Source: Heteronotia binoei
Lineage: Eukaryota
Assembly: GCF_032191835.1 (NCBI RefSeq)
Contig: NC_083241.1
Coordinates: forward strand, 45,508,001 to 45,572,000
Length of the DNA: 64,000 bases
Direction of reading: 5' to 3'
A model generated the notes under the pieces. It was not told the origin of the DNA, searched no databases, and saw only the letters and a list, made by a program, of their open reading frames with translations. The position numbers and the translations under genes were made by a program. This document shows, piece after piece, positions 1-13,320 of this stretch (position 1 is its first letter; every line of letters begins with the position of its first letter).

Positions 1-29
1 TGCTTGCTGACATCCTCTTCTCCCCACAG

Positions 30-3000
30 TCCCTCTGAGAGCTCCTGAGATCAGCCTGACGAGCCGAAGCCCCACCGACATCCTCATCTCCTGGCTGCCG
101 ATTCCCGCCAAGTACCGGCGTGGCCAGGTGGTTTCCTACCGCTTGTCCTTTCGGCGCAGCACGGAGAGCACCGTTCAAGTGGTGGAGCTTCTGGGCTCTA
201 CCTACGAGTATCTGCTCAGGAACCTGAGCCCGGACACAGTCTACCTGGTGCGAATTACGGCAGCCACGCGGATCGGCTGGGGGGAGGCATCTCTGTGGAC
301 TTCCCACCGCACCCCCAAAGCCACGAGTGTCAAAGGTAGGCCCCCTCCTCTAGCACCATGAGCCACACCAGAGAGAGGCCGCTTGCGGGAGGGGGGGGGG
401 CAGAGGTTTCAGTGGGGAGCTCTTGGTTCCAGCAAGGGAGAAGGCGGGAGGGGAGTGCTCAGGGAGCAGACGGGGGTCTTGCTTGCATCACTCAAGCCTT
501 GTCCTAGTGTGAATGGTTGGATTACGCCCTTCTGAATCCCAGAGCGAGATGGACCATGGCTCACTCTTTCTGATGAAACAAGCCAGGCCCACCCCCCAAA
601 ACGCAGGTGGGCTGCACCCTGGCCTTGGCATTTCAGAGGGAACACAACTTCTTAGCAAAAGCTGGCCGTAAGCCTGGCAACCCCCCCCTCAAGGCACACC
701 TGGAGGCAGAGGCCTTCAGGGTCATCTAGTCCAACCCCCCGCACAGTGCAGGAACTTCACAGATACCTCCTGCCCGCACACACACATCCTCAGGGACCCT
801 GATCCATGCCCAGAAAATGGCAAAGCCCCTTCAGGAGCCCTGGCCAAACTGGCCTGGAGGACAATGGCTGCCAGACCACAGAGCAGCGATCAGCATTCCC
901 CTGGGCACGTAAGAAAGGGCCTGGAGAACGAAACCCGCCTGCAGCCCTTCCTGCCCTCCCTCATTCACAGAAGCAGCCTTGCTGCCAGGGGGCCCTCTAG
1001 CCTCTGCTTAAAGACCTCCCAAGAAGGAGTCCATTTGTGGAGAGGGCAGGATATACATTTAAAGCAAATAAATAAAATAAGAGCTTTGTGTTGCTGTGGT
1101 CAATCTGGAGGCTTGGTTTTGCAGTTGAAGCCAGAGATGGGAAGCAGCCCCTCCCCTCCCCAGGCCAGGGTGACTGTTGAGAAGCTGGGCAGCTGGTGTT
1201 TGGGAAGCTCTGGCTCTGCTCGTGGGGTGTGAAAGGGGTGCCGTCTCTTGTCCTCGTAGCCCCGAAGTCTCCTGAGCTGCGCCTGGAGCCCCTCAACTGC
1301 ACGACCATCGCGGTGAAGTGGCAGCCAGACGTGGCGGACCCGGCCCCCGTCCAGGGCTACAAGCTGTACTACAAGGAGGAGGGGCAGCCAGAGAACACCC
1401 CCATCCTGCTGGAGGCCAGCCTCCTGGCCCACACCATCAGTGGCCTGGGTGAGTCCCCCGCCTTCCGCAGCAGAGACTTCCCACCTCTGGCCCCTTGGGG
1501 TTTGACAAGCAGCCAGTGAGATGGGATCCCTGCCGGGCCTGATGTCTCCCTTGGGGCTGGGCCTCCAGCCATCCCCTTCTGGCCTGGAGATCCGCCTAAT
1601 GTGTGCAGCCTTTGCCTTGTGTGTTGCTTGTGTGGCAACTGGTTGGGGGCCTCTTGCTCTAGCTGGGGACAGGCGTGCTGGCCAGACAGCCCCAAACTCT
1701 GGGGAGAAATCACTTGCTCTGGTGGATGGTTGTGTTTTGCTGCTTCAGCTGTTCTAGAACTTTCCACACGGCAGGGAGAGAATGGGGGGAAGCATTCACC
1801 ACTGGCAGGCTCCCCCCACCCCCGAGTCCCAGACCAGTCTGCCGCGTGACAAGGGCAGAGAGGTTTCTGACTCGTCCCCTTCCGCAACCAGACCGCTGGC
1901 TGGGCAGTTGGCATTTAGCCACGGCTGGGAAATCTGGCTGGTGTTTTGGTTGTAGGGGAGCTCAGTTTTGCTGTTGCTGTGGGATTTGCTGTCGCTGTCT
2001 CTTCTAAGCAGTGGTGTGTATGCGATCCGCAACGCAGGTGATGTCACCTGTGATTAGCGATGTGAAATGTTTTTGATCTTCTGCAGAAGATCAAAATCTA
2101 TATAATTCATATTTAGGTTATAATCGAAATCTATTATAATCTAAAATCTGTATAATCTGTATTTAGATTACGATCTATATAATCTATACTTAGAGATGCC
2201 TTTAAAAGAACGGATGGATCAAGCGATATTGTGGGGGCAGGGCAAAGGAGAGAACTAGAGTAGCAGCAGGCCACTCCGTATTTGTTCTCGCTTCTGGGTG
2301 GGACTGTCAGAAGAACTTCCTGCAGAATCTGCATTGAGAGAGCCCTGCAGAACCAGCACCCCGTGGCTCACCTGATCCAGCGTCCTGTTCCACGCAGTCG
2401 CCCCGGAGGGCCAACGAAGGGGGCTTAGAGGCTGAAGGAAAGGGAAGCTCTTGAGGCAATTGCGCTGGGGCGGATACAAGACACAAACGAATGGATATGA
2501 ACTACAGCAAAGGAGGTTTCGTCCCAGCTTGAAGCCCGTTGGCACCGGGACAGCCTCACTAGGGAGCTGGTGGATTCTTCATCTTCAGAGGTTTTAGGAT
2601 CCCTACTTGTTGGGTGGCTGGAAGTTCCTGCGCTGGAAGGGGGTTTGGCTAGATGGCCATGGTGGTCCCATCCAACCCTGTGATGGAATGAAGGAAGCCG
2701 CCCCCCCTCCCGCCCTGGTCCTCGAGGTTTGGTGTCTGCTGCTTCAGTTGCCCTGGAAGGGTGGGAACTCCTCCTGCTCCGTGGATGTCTCTGGCACCCT
2801 CTTGAAAGCTCTCTGAGGAGAGGCCACGGCTGCCTGCACTGCTGGCCCTTGAATCGCCCACTGAGTACAGAAGCCTGAATTTCCTTGTGTCCGTCCTGCA
2901 GCTTTTCTGCGCAATGTCTTTGTGTGCCGCGGAGTTCTCTCCTTCCAGCTTCTTGGAGAAGCCCTGCTTGCTCCTTTCATAGGATTATAAACTTCCGTCA

Positions 3001-6000
3001 CGTCCTCCTTGGTTGTCATCCTTCTCAACTCAGAAAAATTTCTCTCAGCCTGGTTGGTCAAATGGCTTCTGGACCCTCTTCTGGACTTTCCTCGCTCGTG
3101 ATGGTCCAGATCCTCTCTGGAGAGACCATCCGCCCATCAGGCGGCAGACGAAAGGGGAGGGGCTGGGGAGAAGGCGGGGCCTCCTTGCTGCACTTGGGCC
3201 TTCTCTGCCCCACTGAGCCTGTGGCTTCACTCTTGGGAAAGCGCCACGCATCCACAGGGCACCCTCCCGCCTACCGCGGGGCAGCCCCAGGGGCTCCCCG
3301 GGTGGAAGAGGCCTTTCCCAGGCCAAGCAATTTGCTGCCCGGCTGCTCCTAGCGCTCCTTTCAGGGGCTTCTCTTGTCCCCCCCCCCAGATATTTCATGT
3401 CTGTCTGCTTTGAGGTTGCTGCATTGATCTTTGGGCAGAATTATTTGACCTTCCCCCCCCCCCCCACTCCCACGTTCACACATTCCCCCCCCCCCCCAGT
3501 GGGACAGGGAGAGTTGTGAGCGGATGTGGGGATGCCCCTCTTCAAATAAACAGCTCCGCTCTCTCCTGATGTGTATTTATGTTGCAGCCCCCAGCATTTA
3601 TTTTTCAGCAGGAAACCCCGCCCCTCCAGCTCCTGGGCAAAATTCCATCCCTGTTAACACTCCTCACCCCATCCCCCCATCTCCCCCCTTAATGCGTGGG
3701 GGCCAGCAGGGATCTCAGCAGGGCCAACCGACTCACAGGTAGGGTCCTCCGGCCTCTCGCTCCCAGCAAGGGGATTCTGGGCCATGCCAGTTTTGGGGGG
3801 GGGCCTTCTGCAGGGGGCTCTGGGGGGAGCTCCGGGTTCTGCTCCCCCCCCCGAGGAAAACTGGGGAGGTCAGATGCAGGGATGAGGCTTCGTGGACCCC
3901 CCAGCCTCCCTTGCTTGGCTTCTCTGCACCGTCTGCAAAGGGGGGGGGGGGAGGCAGAGGTGCCTTGTGCAGAGGGGGAGGTGGGGCCGGGGGTGCATGC
4001 GTCTTCCGTGGTGGTGGGGTTTGAGCAGGGAGCTCAGGAACTGGTGTGTGTAAGAGAGGAGTTTGCTCTTGGAGATCAGCTGGGGTCCTCCGGGGAACTC
4101 TTGGAGCATCCGGAGCTCCTGGGGAAGGGGGCTCTGGGCGTCCTGGATGCGGTTCTTCCATCTTCCCCCATGTGTTCTTGGGAATTCTGCTCTGTCTGGA
4201 AGATCCTGGCCTGGCAAAGGGCCCTTGGCCTCCACAAGGCTGCTGGAGAAGGAGAAACCGGTCAGTCTTTTCACTCTGTTGCCAGGACGAGGCAGGGTTC
4301 AGACTCCTCTGCCGCTTCTGGCCCTTTTCCTAGGGAGCTGCACAGATGCTGGGGGGCCTTGGCTTGCCTGCTCTTCACTCCAGCGGAATCCGGGATACGG
4401 AAGGAAGCCCTGCCCGGAAGTGTCCAGGGACAGTTGGCAGTCTCTGCTGTGTAATGAAGAAGAGAATGGAGTGATACCCTCTCTCAGAGCTGCTCACAAT
4501 CTTCTTTCCCTTCCCCTCCCCACAACAGACACCCTGTGAGGCTGGTGGGGCTGAGAGAACTCTGAGAGAAACTGCTCTTAAGCAGAACGGCTCCGAGAGA
4601 GTTATGACTGACCCAAGGTTACTCTCGCAGTTGCATGTGGAGGAGAAGTGGGGAATCAACCCTGGTTCTCCCAGATAAGAGTGAGCGCACTTAAGCACCA
4701 GACTGCCTGCGCATGGATCCTGTTCCCTGACAATAGCCAGAGACAGAAAAAATGACGCTGATGTTGTGCTCACTGGGAAGCTTTAGGATGTGAAAGATGG
4801 ACTCCCATGTTGCTGGATGGCTGCATTGAGCAGATAGAAGAACAAGCCTGGCGGAAGGAAAATCAGTTTGGCTTCTGCAAAGGGAGGTCCTGCTTCCCCA
4901 GCCTTCTCCTGCACAAGTCCTCCTTGAGTGAATGGGGGATGGGTATGGAGATACTATTTCCCCCCCCCCCCCTTAAAGAGTGGGAGACCATTGCAAGAGC
5001 TTTTTGTCTCAGAAACTATCAGGGGTCCATTCTTCCTGGAGAGCTAAACAGGGCTCTACATCTGGGGCAGAAAGCAGTGGGGGTGTGTGGAAAAGAAAGG
5101 CCTGATGCCTTTTCAGGGTGTTCATGCCGGTTGCATGCAGGGGGGGGGGGCAAAGTTGGATCTGGGATTTTAGTCCTCCTGCCTTGAAGAGCCTCACTTG
5201 AAAAGGGGGGGGGGGGCATGGACATTCACATGTTTATCATTTGATGCCTAGCAGGTATGGGGCATGACAGGCAGAACCCTCCTGGGGGGTTTTTGCTTCG
5301 CCTCTGGTGCACTCCTGCTTCTCCTGGGCTCCTTAAGGGGGGAAGCGGGGGGGGGGGGTCCTGGAAGTGCGGCAAAGCAGATGTGGAGCTCCCCCCCCTC
5401 TTCAGAGGATAGGGCAGCAGCATCCTGTGCTGTCTGGAGACCTAGACAGGAGGAAGAGTATTTGGGGGGGGCTGCCTGCCTGGGGCTTTGGGTGGGGTCT
5501 TTCAGTTGCAGTTTAAACACCAGAGCAGAGCGCTCTGCACGAGGGGGGGGGGCGAGGGGGGGGGGCGTTGCTTTTCTTTGGAACCTCCTTGCCTGGTGGA
5601 GGGAGGGGAGTCCCTGGCTGGGGGCGGGGGGGGGGAGGAAGCACACAGCCCCTTCTTCTTCTTCAAGCTGCTGGATGCATTTGTTCCCAGGGCCTGGCAG
5701 ATGGTGGGCCCTTTCCAAATGGCTTCATTTTGCACAGGAGGCTTTCCTAGGAAATATTTCCCGATTGGGACTTAGATTGTGGAATTCCTCCAGTGCCTTG
5801 AGGACTCCCTCCTGTGGGGGGGGGGGGCAGGGGGCACAAACGGGTTTCCTGTCCACAAAAAGCAGAGGCTTTTTTTACACATTAGCTGTTGGCCTTTCTT
5901 TTGGTGGGGGTGGGGAGAGTGCGTGCAGCTCTGCTTTTGGAAAGGGGAGAGTAGCTTTATTCCTGGCAAAAGCATATTTGAGCTGGGAAACTCAATCAGT

Positions 6001-9000
6001 TGAGAATTAAACTTGCGCAGCGGTCGAGAGGTTTCCTTTCCCTTCCCTTTCAGCTCTGGGTTTGAAAAGCAAGCGGCTTTTGAAGAGGGCTTAGAGAGAA
6101 CTCCTGTGAAAGGAAATGAAACCAGCATTGTCTATTAATCACCCTTGTGTGTGTGTGTGTGCACACGCCACCCCCTCCCTCCCCCCACCCCTCTGCAGAT
6201 TGTTCGGCCTGAATGTGAGGAGCCATAAGCTGTGGGAGGTCTCTGAAGATCGGGGCAAGTCTTTTGAAGGCCGCCATTAGCACACGAAAGGGACTTCAGA
6301 GCCAGGCAGGTTCAGGGAAGCCCAGATATCCCATCCAAGCATACAGCTCAGTGGCCACGATTTAGAAGATGGTGCTGCTGTCTTGGAGCTGAAGCTAGAA
6401 AGCAGCTTTGCAGTGACCGTTGGGCAGCCTGTTTCAAGCTCTCTGGCTAAGATCCTTTGGAGGCAAGCGTGGGGGGGGGCACAACCCACCCAGTAGTTCT
6501 TCTGCCCAAACCCCTTTGAAATGGATGTGGCCGTTTCTATGGGGAATCATCCCAGGGTTTAAGGTTTATTGGATTATATCCCACCTTCCCTGCGGAAGCA
6601 GGCTCAGGGCGGCTTGCACTGTGTGGTGTCAAGGGGACCAAGAGCCTTGATGTCCCCTCGGACTTGGAAGCGAAGAGGGCAGACGGTTGCTTGGCCAGAG
6701 GGAGTGGTTGGGGGACTCTGCTGCTGTCTGGGTCAGCGCAGAACCACCTCCTGCAGGGACCCTGCCTCCCACACGCAGACGTGCTCAGCTGGGCTTAAGC
6801 ACGAGCATCTCCACGTGGTCCTCCACATGCAGAACTGCATCTCGTCTGGCTGAGTGCTTGGGTAGCGGCAGCGGGTGGAGCAAGCCCCTTTCAGTTTTCT
6901 TGTCTGCGGTGGATGCCCAGTTGAGCACTTCAGGAGCTGGCTTTGGCTTTCCTGGTAAGCCTCGAGAATACTTGCCACATTTCTTAGCAGATGCAGGGAA
7001 GTCCATTTGACCCTGGGGGGGGGTCCCTTTTGGAGGTCCAGATTGCTCTGCAGAATCTCAGTTCCCTACAAGTTAGCCCCAGAATCCTCTTGCTATGAGG
7101 CCCATGGAAGGTTTGGGGCTGACTGGATGGGCCTCCCCCTTGGTTCCACCGGGTGGGGGCAGGATTGGGCCTTGACTTGTGGGTGGTGCTACTGCAGACC
7201 CCTGGGGCTTGGGTGTGGTCCCTGCTGCACGTGAGCAGTTTGCTCAGGTTAAAGGAGGGAGGGGCCAAGAGAAGGAAGGGCTCTGCTGTTGGAGGGCACT
7301 TCCGGATTGCATGGGGGGGCAATGCCCTACGCAGGGAATACAAAGAGCAGGCACCTTGAAGCACATGTCTGGGGGGGCTCCATTGGGGAGATGTGAAGCA
7401 GTCCAGTCCTGCAAACCCCAAGGGGGGGGCACCTTGTGTGTGCGTCAGGCCGTGCAATGACTGGCTGCCCGGTGGTGAAAGGAAAGCTCCTTTCTGGGAG
7501 CCCCTCTCTCTCCCTGTCTCCTTTCTTGTGTCTTTTCAAAGGCCACCTCCTCTCCCTCCCAGGGCCCCCGGCCATTGGCTGCCTTCAGCCACAGATGTGT
7601 GTTGGGGGAAGCTGCCTCTCCCTGCCCCCTCCCCGAGGCTGGCCGGCCGGCCGGCTGCCAGATGAGCAGGGCTGATCGATGGTGTTTTCATTTGGCTGCA
7701 CCAAAGGGTCAGCGGGCCAGCGGGGGCCCTGCCAGCCCCACACAGCCAGGGGAGCTGGGGAAGGAAATGGACTTCTTGGCTGGAGGGGAAGGCGGGCTGC
7801 CCAGTGTGGAGAAATGTCCTGGGCCTGGGACCGTGCAGGGAACCTTTTCCAGGGCAGCTCCTTCCCTCTTGCCTGCCCCCCTCCCTCCCTCCCTCACTCC
7901 CAGGCAGAGCTGCCTCTGAGCACATTTCCCCAAGGGGGGGAGCAGTCCTTGCAGCCTCTTTGCCCAAAGTGGGGCTTTGGTGCCTGCAGCGCTTTGCCCG
8001 GCCACTTGGAGGGGCCCTCAGCTTCCTCCCGCCTGTCACAGACCTGGTGCCAGTGGCCCCTCCCTGCCTCCCTCATCCTGTCCTGCCCACTCCCCCCCCC
8101 ACCGAAGGGGGTGGGAAGGGGCATCTGCCCAGATTCAGTGCTTTGTGGTGGTGGGGGGGAGACAGGCCTCTTTGCTCTGCTTGTGGGAAGACTGCAGGGG
8201 CTTCCTTCGGAGGTTCTCAGGCCCACTGGCCAGAGGGGGGGTTTCTTCTGGCTGAGCAGAGTGGCTGGGGGGGCCCTCTGGGCTGCTCCCTGCCCCCTCC
8301 TTGCTCTCCCTTTTTTGGGGTGTGTGTGTGCTGGAGTGGGCCCGCATCCTCTTTCAGGGCAGGGGCTGCATGCACAAGCGGGGGGGGGGGGGCTCTGGCC
8401 TGGAAAAGCTCCCCCCCATGAACTGGGTTTGTGTGTCTATGGGTGTGGGGGGGCTCAGTCAGGCTCTGGCCTTCTCTGCATCCCCACCCCTGGCTCCCCA
8501 CCCCCTGCTTTCTGAGCCGGTTGGCTTTGCCTAGCCTGGCAGGGCAGCTGGGCCAGTGGAAGGCCCTGGGGGGGGTGCCACTTTGTCCCCCTTCGGAAGC
8601 AGAGAGCACTGGGGAGAGGTGGGGGGGGACAAGCTGCTCCAGGTGGGGCCGGAGGGCTGTTTTTGCCCCGGGGGGGAGGGGTCTGGAGTGGCCCAGGGTG
8701 TGTGTCTCTGCAGAAGGGGGCAGAGAAGTGGGAGGCCGGCTGGCGGGGGGGGGGGGGAGAGACACTCTGCGGCCTTCCCTCTGGTGTGGTTTGGAAAGGA
8801 AAATGTGGCCCCTGCCCGCCTTCCCTTGGGGGGGCTGCTGAGGAGCCCTCTCCTCCCCCACACACTTGGGGCACTCTTTGGGAGGCTCCTTTTGGAAAGC
8901 ATCACTTGCAGGGGGGAGAGCAGAATTTTGGAGGCCCCCCAGCCCCAAAAGAAGCCTCCCAGGCCCTGCTTGCGCCCATTTCCTTCCCTTCCTCTTCTCT

Positions 9001-12000
9001 GGCCCGGGGTCTTTTGGGCCTGGGTTGTGGGAGGGGGGGGTGGCGTGTTGACATTGCTGGGCAGGCAGGAGAGGTGGTGCGGCCTGCATGCCTTGTGAAG
9101 GGGGATCGGGTTTCTCTGGCCTGGCCTTTCCCACCCTTCCCCCTGGCCGGCCCTCTGTTGCTGGGAGCAGACGGGGGCTCGTCCCAGAGCGCGGGTCAAA
9201 GGCCGAGACCTGCAGGGCAGCCCCCCCCCCCCCGCCTCTGCAGCAGTGCTTTGTGGGGAAGGCAGCAGGGGGGAGGCTGGCCGGAGGAGGGGGAGGGGAG
9301 GATGGAGCACAAAGGAGGACAGGGGGGCGGGGGGGGGACATTTGGCCAGAGAGCAACAGCAGCCCTTCCCTTCCCTGTCCTTTGAGCCACCAGCCCCAGT
9401 AGCCCCCCCTGGAGTTAGCCGGACTTTGCCAAAACTGGAGGGGAAGCCAAAGCATCTTTCTCTCGCCGCTCTCGGGCTTCAGGGAAGAAATGAGGGGCTC
9501 TTCTCTCTCCCCCCCCCCCCCGCCGTTATCAGTAGTAGGTGTGTGGGGGGGTGGCTGGCCTCTCTGCCAGGATTCCTGACCTCGGATTCCTTCTTGGGTT
9601 TATCTCGCCCTGCCCGGTGGGGCCTTTCAAGGCCGCTGGAGCTTCACAACCTGGGAGCAGCGGCTGAAGGGCCTTTCGTCACTGTGGGGGGGGGGGAGGG
9701 GGGCAATCTGCAAACAGCCCTTTTCTCCATGTGGCCCCAGAGCCCCCCAAGGCCCTCTGCAGTTCCAGCCCACCCCCCTCCGCATTGGGCCAGGAGGGAG
9801 GGAGGTTTGGGGTTGGAAAGGGGGTGTGTGTGTGGAATTTGGAGCATTTGGGGTGGGCAAGGAAGAGGAGAGGCAGCGTGGGGCTCCAGTTCTGAGGCAG
9901 GCAAGAAGAGCCCCTGTGGGCAGAGCCCCTTTGGGCTGCTTTCAGATAGGCTGCCATTCATGGGGGGTGGGCTTGTGGTCATGGAGGGAGCTGCTGCACC
10001 TGTTGGACTCCTGCCTGCAGCTCTGGCTCTGGGCCCCTGGGCTGGGTGGCCTCTTCTCCCTCCCTCCCTCCCTCCCTCCTCCTGCTGCAGCCGCTGGCAG
10101 CCCCTGCCCCCTGCCCTCCAGAGCTTCGTGAGGAGGCTGGAAAGAGAGAGTCCCCCCCCCCCAAATGGGAGAGTTGCAAGCGGCTGAGGGGGCCAGGGGG
10201 TGAAAGGAGAGCAGCAGCGCCCCCTGGCGGTGTCTCGAGGGTGGGCCTGGGGATCAAAGGGCCGTTTTGGAGGCGGCGGCAGACAATGCCCTGGGGGGGG
10301 GGGCGGAGCCGCAAAGAGCTGTAGGGAGGCAAAGACCCCCTTTCCTGCTTCTGTGGTCCCTCCTGGCATCATGTCGGGCTGAAGGACCTGCTCTTGGTGG
10401 CCAGGAGGTGTCAGAACCCCCCCCGTGAGCATCAGCTGGAGGCTTGCACCCGTGCCCCCCCCCCCCACTCCTCCTCATGGGGGGCCTTTTGGTGGGAAGC
10501 CTGGCCAGCTGAGCAGCAGGAGGGATTTTGCTCCAGGGGTCAGTCTGGAAGTGAACCCCAAAGCCCTCTTTTTCTTCTGGCCTCTTGTACCCTCCGGAAG
10601 CGGGTTTTGCCCCCACCTCTTGGCTCAGCACCCCATGCCAGAGCTGCTGAGGGAGGGGCCAGCCCCTTGTGTGACCCCCTGCTCCGTTCTTGCCTTCCCA
10701 GATCCCCGAAGGAAGTACCATGTCCGGCTGCTGGCCTACAACAGCTTGGAGGAGGGCTACCAAGCAGATCAAACCGTCAGCACCCCGGGATGCGTCTGTA
10801 AGTCTTGGGTGTGGGGCTGTGGCGGGGGCTCTTTTACTTCCAGCTTCTGTCCTTGAGCCAGTTGGGCTCACAGCTGCTGCCAAGCTTGGAAGCCTCCCTG
10901 CTCGTCTCCTGCAGTTTGGGGAAGAATCCTGGCTGAACAGGGAGCGGTTCTTTCCCCGTGGACGTCTCTCCCCTCGCTGGACTGTGGCTTCCCTCAAGCC
11001 GAACTCTGCCCATAGCTCCTGTCCCCTCCGGGCTTCTCTGCAGTTCCTGAGGGGGGCCGTTCTCTCTCCCTCTTTCCCCAGCTGTCCGGGACCGCCTGGT
11101 GCCACCTCCGCCTCCCCCTCACCACCTCTACGCCAAGGCCAACACCTCCTCCACCATCTACCTCCACTGGGGGCGCCCGGCGTTCAGCTCCGCCCAAGCC
11201 GTCAACTACACCGTCCGCTGCAACCCGGTGGGGCTTCAGAACGCCTCGTTGGTCCTCTACCTTCCAACGTAGGTGTCCTTCCGCCCGCCCAGCTTTTCTT
11301 CTCTCGGTGCCTTCCTGGAGCTTCCCTGCGTCGGTTGCAGGAGTCCAGGGTTGCCTCCACTCCTGGCTGCTTGTGGCTGCCCCGCCCTGGGCCAATTGCT
11401 TGGAGCTGGCCCACGGGCTTCCGGCATGCCACGTCTGCTCACCATCATTGGGGGCACAAGGAAGCCTCTCTGTTCCGTGCTTCTCACCCTTGGTGGCTTC
11501 AGCTCTTGAAATGCTTCTCCAATAACTCCGTCCATCAGATCCCAGACTGCAGCCTCTCTGGTGGGGTGTTGGCCAAGATGGTGTTCCCCAATGACCCCAG
11601 ACATTATTTAAAAGGTCAAGGCAGTCCCCTGTGCAAGCACCAGTCATTTCCAACTCTGGGGTGACGTTGCTTTCACAACGTTTTCATGGCAGACTTTTTA
11701 CAGGGTGGTTTTGCATTGCCTTCCCCAGTCATCTACACTCTCCCCCCAGCAAGCTGGGGACTCATTTGACTGACCTCGGAAGGCTGAGTCAGTCTCGAGC
11801 TGGCTACCTGAACCAGCTTCCGCTGGGATCGAACTCAGATCGTGAGCAGAGCTTGGACTGCAGGACTGCAGCTTTACCACTCTGCGCCACGGGGCTCCTG
11901 CAGATGTTATTGCTGCGTATTATAAAGCAGAGCTATGCCTGAAAGGCCCAGGGCAGGCATTTTGTTGTGCCTTTTCTAGCTTTTCCAAGGATGAGGTCCC

Positions 12001-13284
12001 CAACCTATTTGTCACCCTTTGTAGAAGAGCTTTCAGCCCATTTGCCAAACAGGCCCACTGCCCCCCCTTCCCCAAGCCCATGTCCCTGGAGGAAAGAGCC
12101 CTTCTGAAGTGAGCTCTTCTGCCAGACCGCCAGCTGGCGATGCCCAGTCGACGGGCATGGCTTGGCACAGAGAGAGCTGTGGAGGGCTCATGGCTGCCCA
12201 GCCGAAGGAGTGTCCCTGGTGGGGGTGAAGGGGGGGCTCCTTTTGTCTTTCAGGGAGCCTTCCATTGGGCTCTCCTCCGTGGGCCTTGGGGGGGAGTTGG
12301 GGAGCAGCCAGCAGGGGCTTCTCCGCCCTCCTCCTCGATCCCACGCAGGCCGGGGGGAATGGGGGCTCGCTCTCATCTGTGCTGCTGCTGCTGGGGGGGT
12401 CACAGCTTTTCTCGCCTTTCCCTCTTCCCAGGTCAGAGACCCACCTGCTGATTCAGGGGCTGGAGCCAAACACCAAGTATGAGTTTGCCGTCCGGCTGCA
12501 CGTGGATCAGCTTTCGAGCCCCTGGAGTCCTGTGCTGTACCACACGACCCTCCCAGAAGGTGAGGCTGGTCAGGCGGAGGGGGGTTGTTGCCGGGTGGGG
12601 GGTGGGGAGGCTCTCCCTCTCTGCAAGGCCGCTTTGAGGTGGGGGGTCCCGATAACTCTGTGTGGCTCCCTTTCCTGCAGCCCCCTCCGGCCCCCCGCTG
12701 GGAGTCAAGGTGACTTTGATAGAGGAGGACACCGCTTTGGTCTCCTGGAAGCCTCCGGAGGGTGAGAGGATGGTCGTTTCCCGCTACACGATCCTGTACG
12801 CCTCCCGGAAAGCCTGGATTGCTGGAGACTGGCAGGTCTTACACCGCGAAGGTAAGGCTCAGAAGGGCAGCCGTGGCCATCTGGTTGCAAAGGGGACTGG
12901 AGCTCCGGTGGCACCTTTAGGACGCAGGCCACATTGGCTCCAGCAGAAGGTGTTATGAGGAATTGGAATTTTAGCTCTGCATTTATCGGCAAGATCCCAG
13001 GGAGGAGGGGGGAGAGAGGAGGAGGCTTCTAGTAGATCCTTCCAGAGTCCCAGATCCTGTGTCCGGGACTGGAGTGGGTGTGGTGGTCACCAGGCAGGTC
13101 TCCCGAAGGCAGTCTTAGGAGTGGGGTCGTGGGAAGTTCAGGCTTCTCTTGCCTTGAGAGGCAGCCTGGGGCAGTAGTGGTGCAGTCAGATGAGGAGACT
13201 TGGGGGAAATCCCCACACAGCTGCGAAGGCCGTGGGATTAAAGGGCTGCATTTTCTACAAGGAGAAATGCCCATTCACCCAATG

Positions 13285-13320
<36 letters not shown>

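Noticed and set aside
8217-9455. 412-aa minus-strand ORF and many other 100-400-aa Pro/Gly/Arg-rich ORFs across the window
   Set aside because: No recognisable domains; low stop-codon density in very GC-rich DNA explains them, and they overlap in all six frames.
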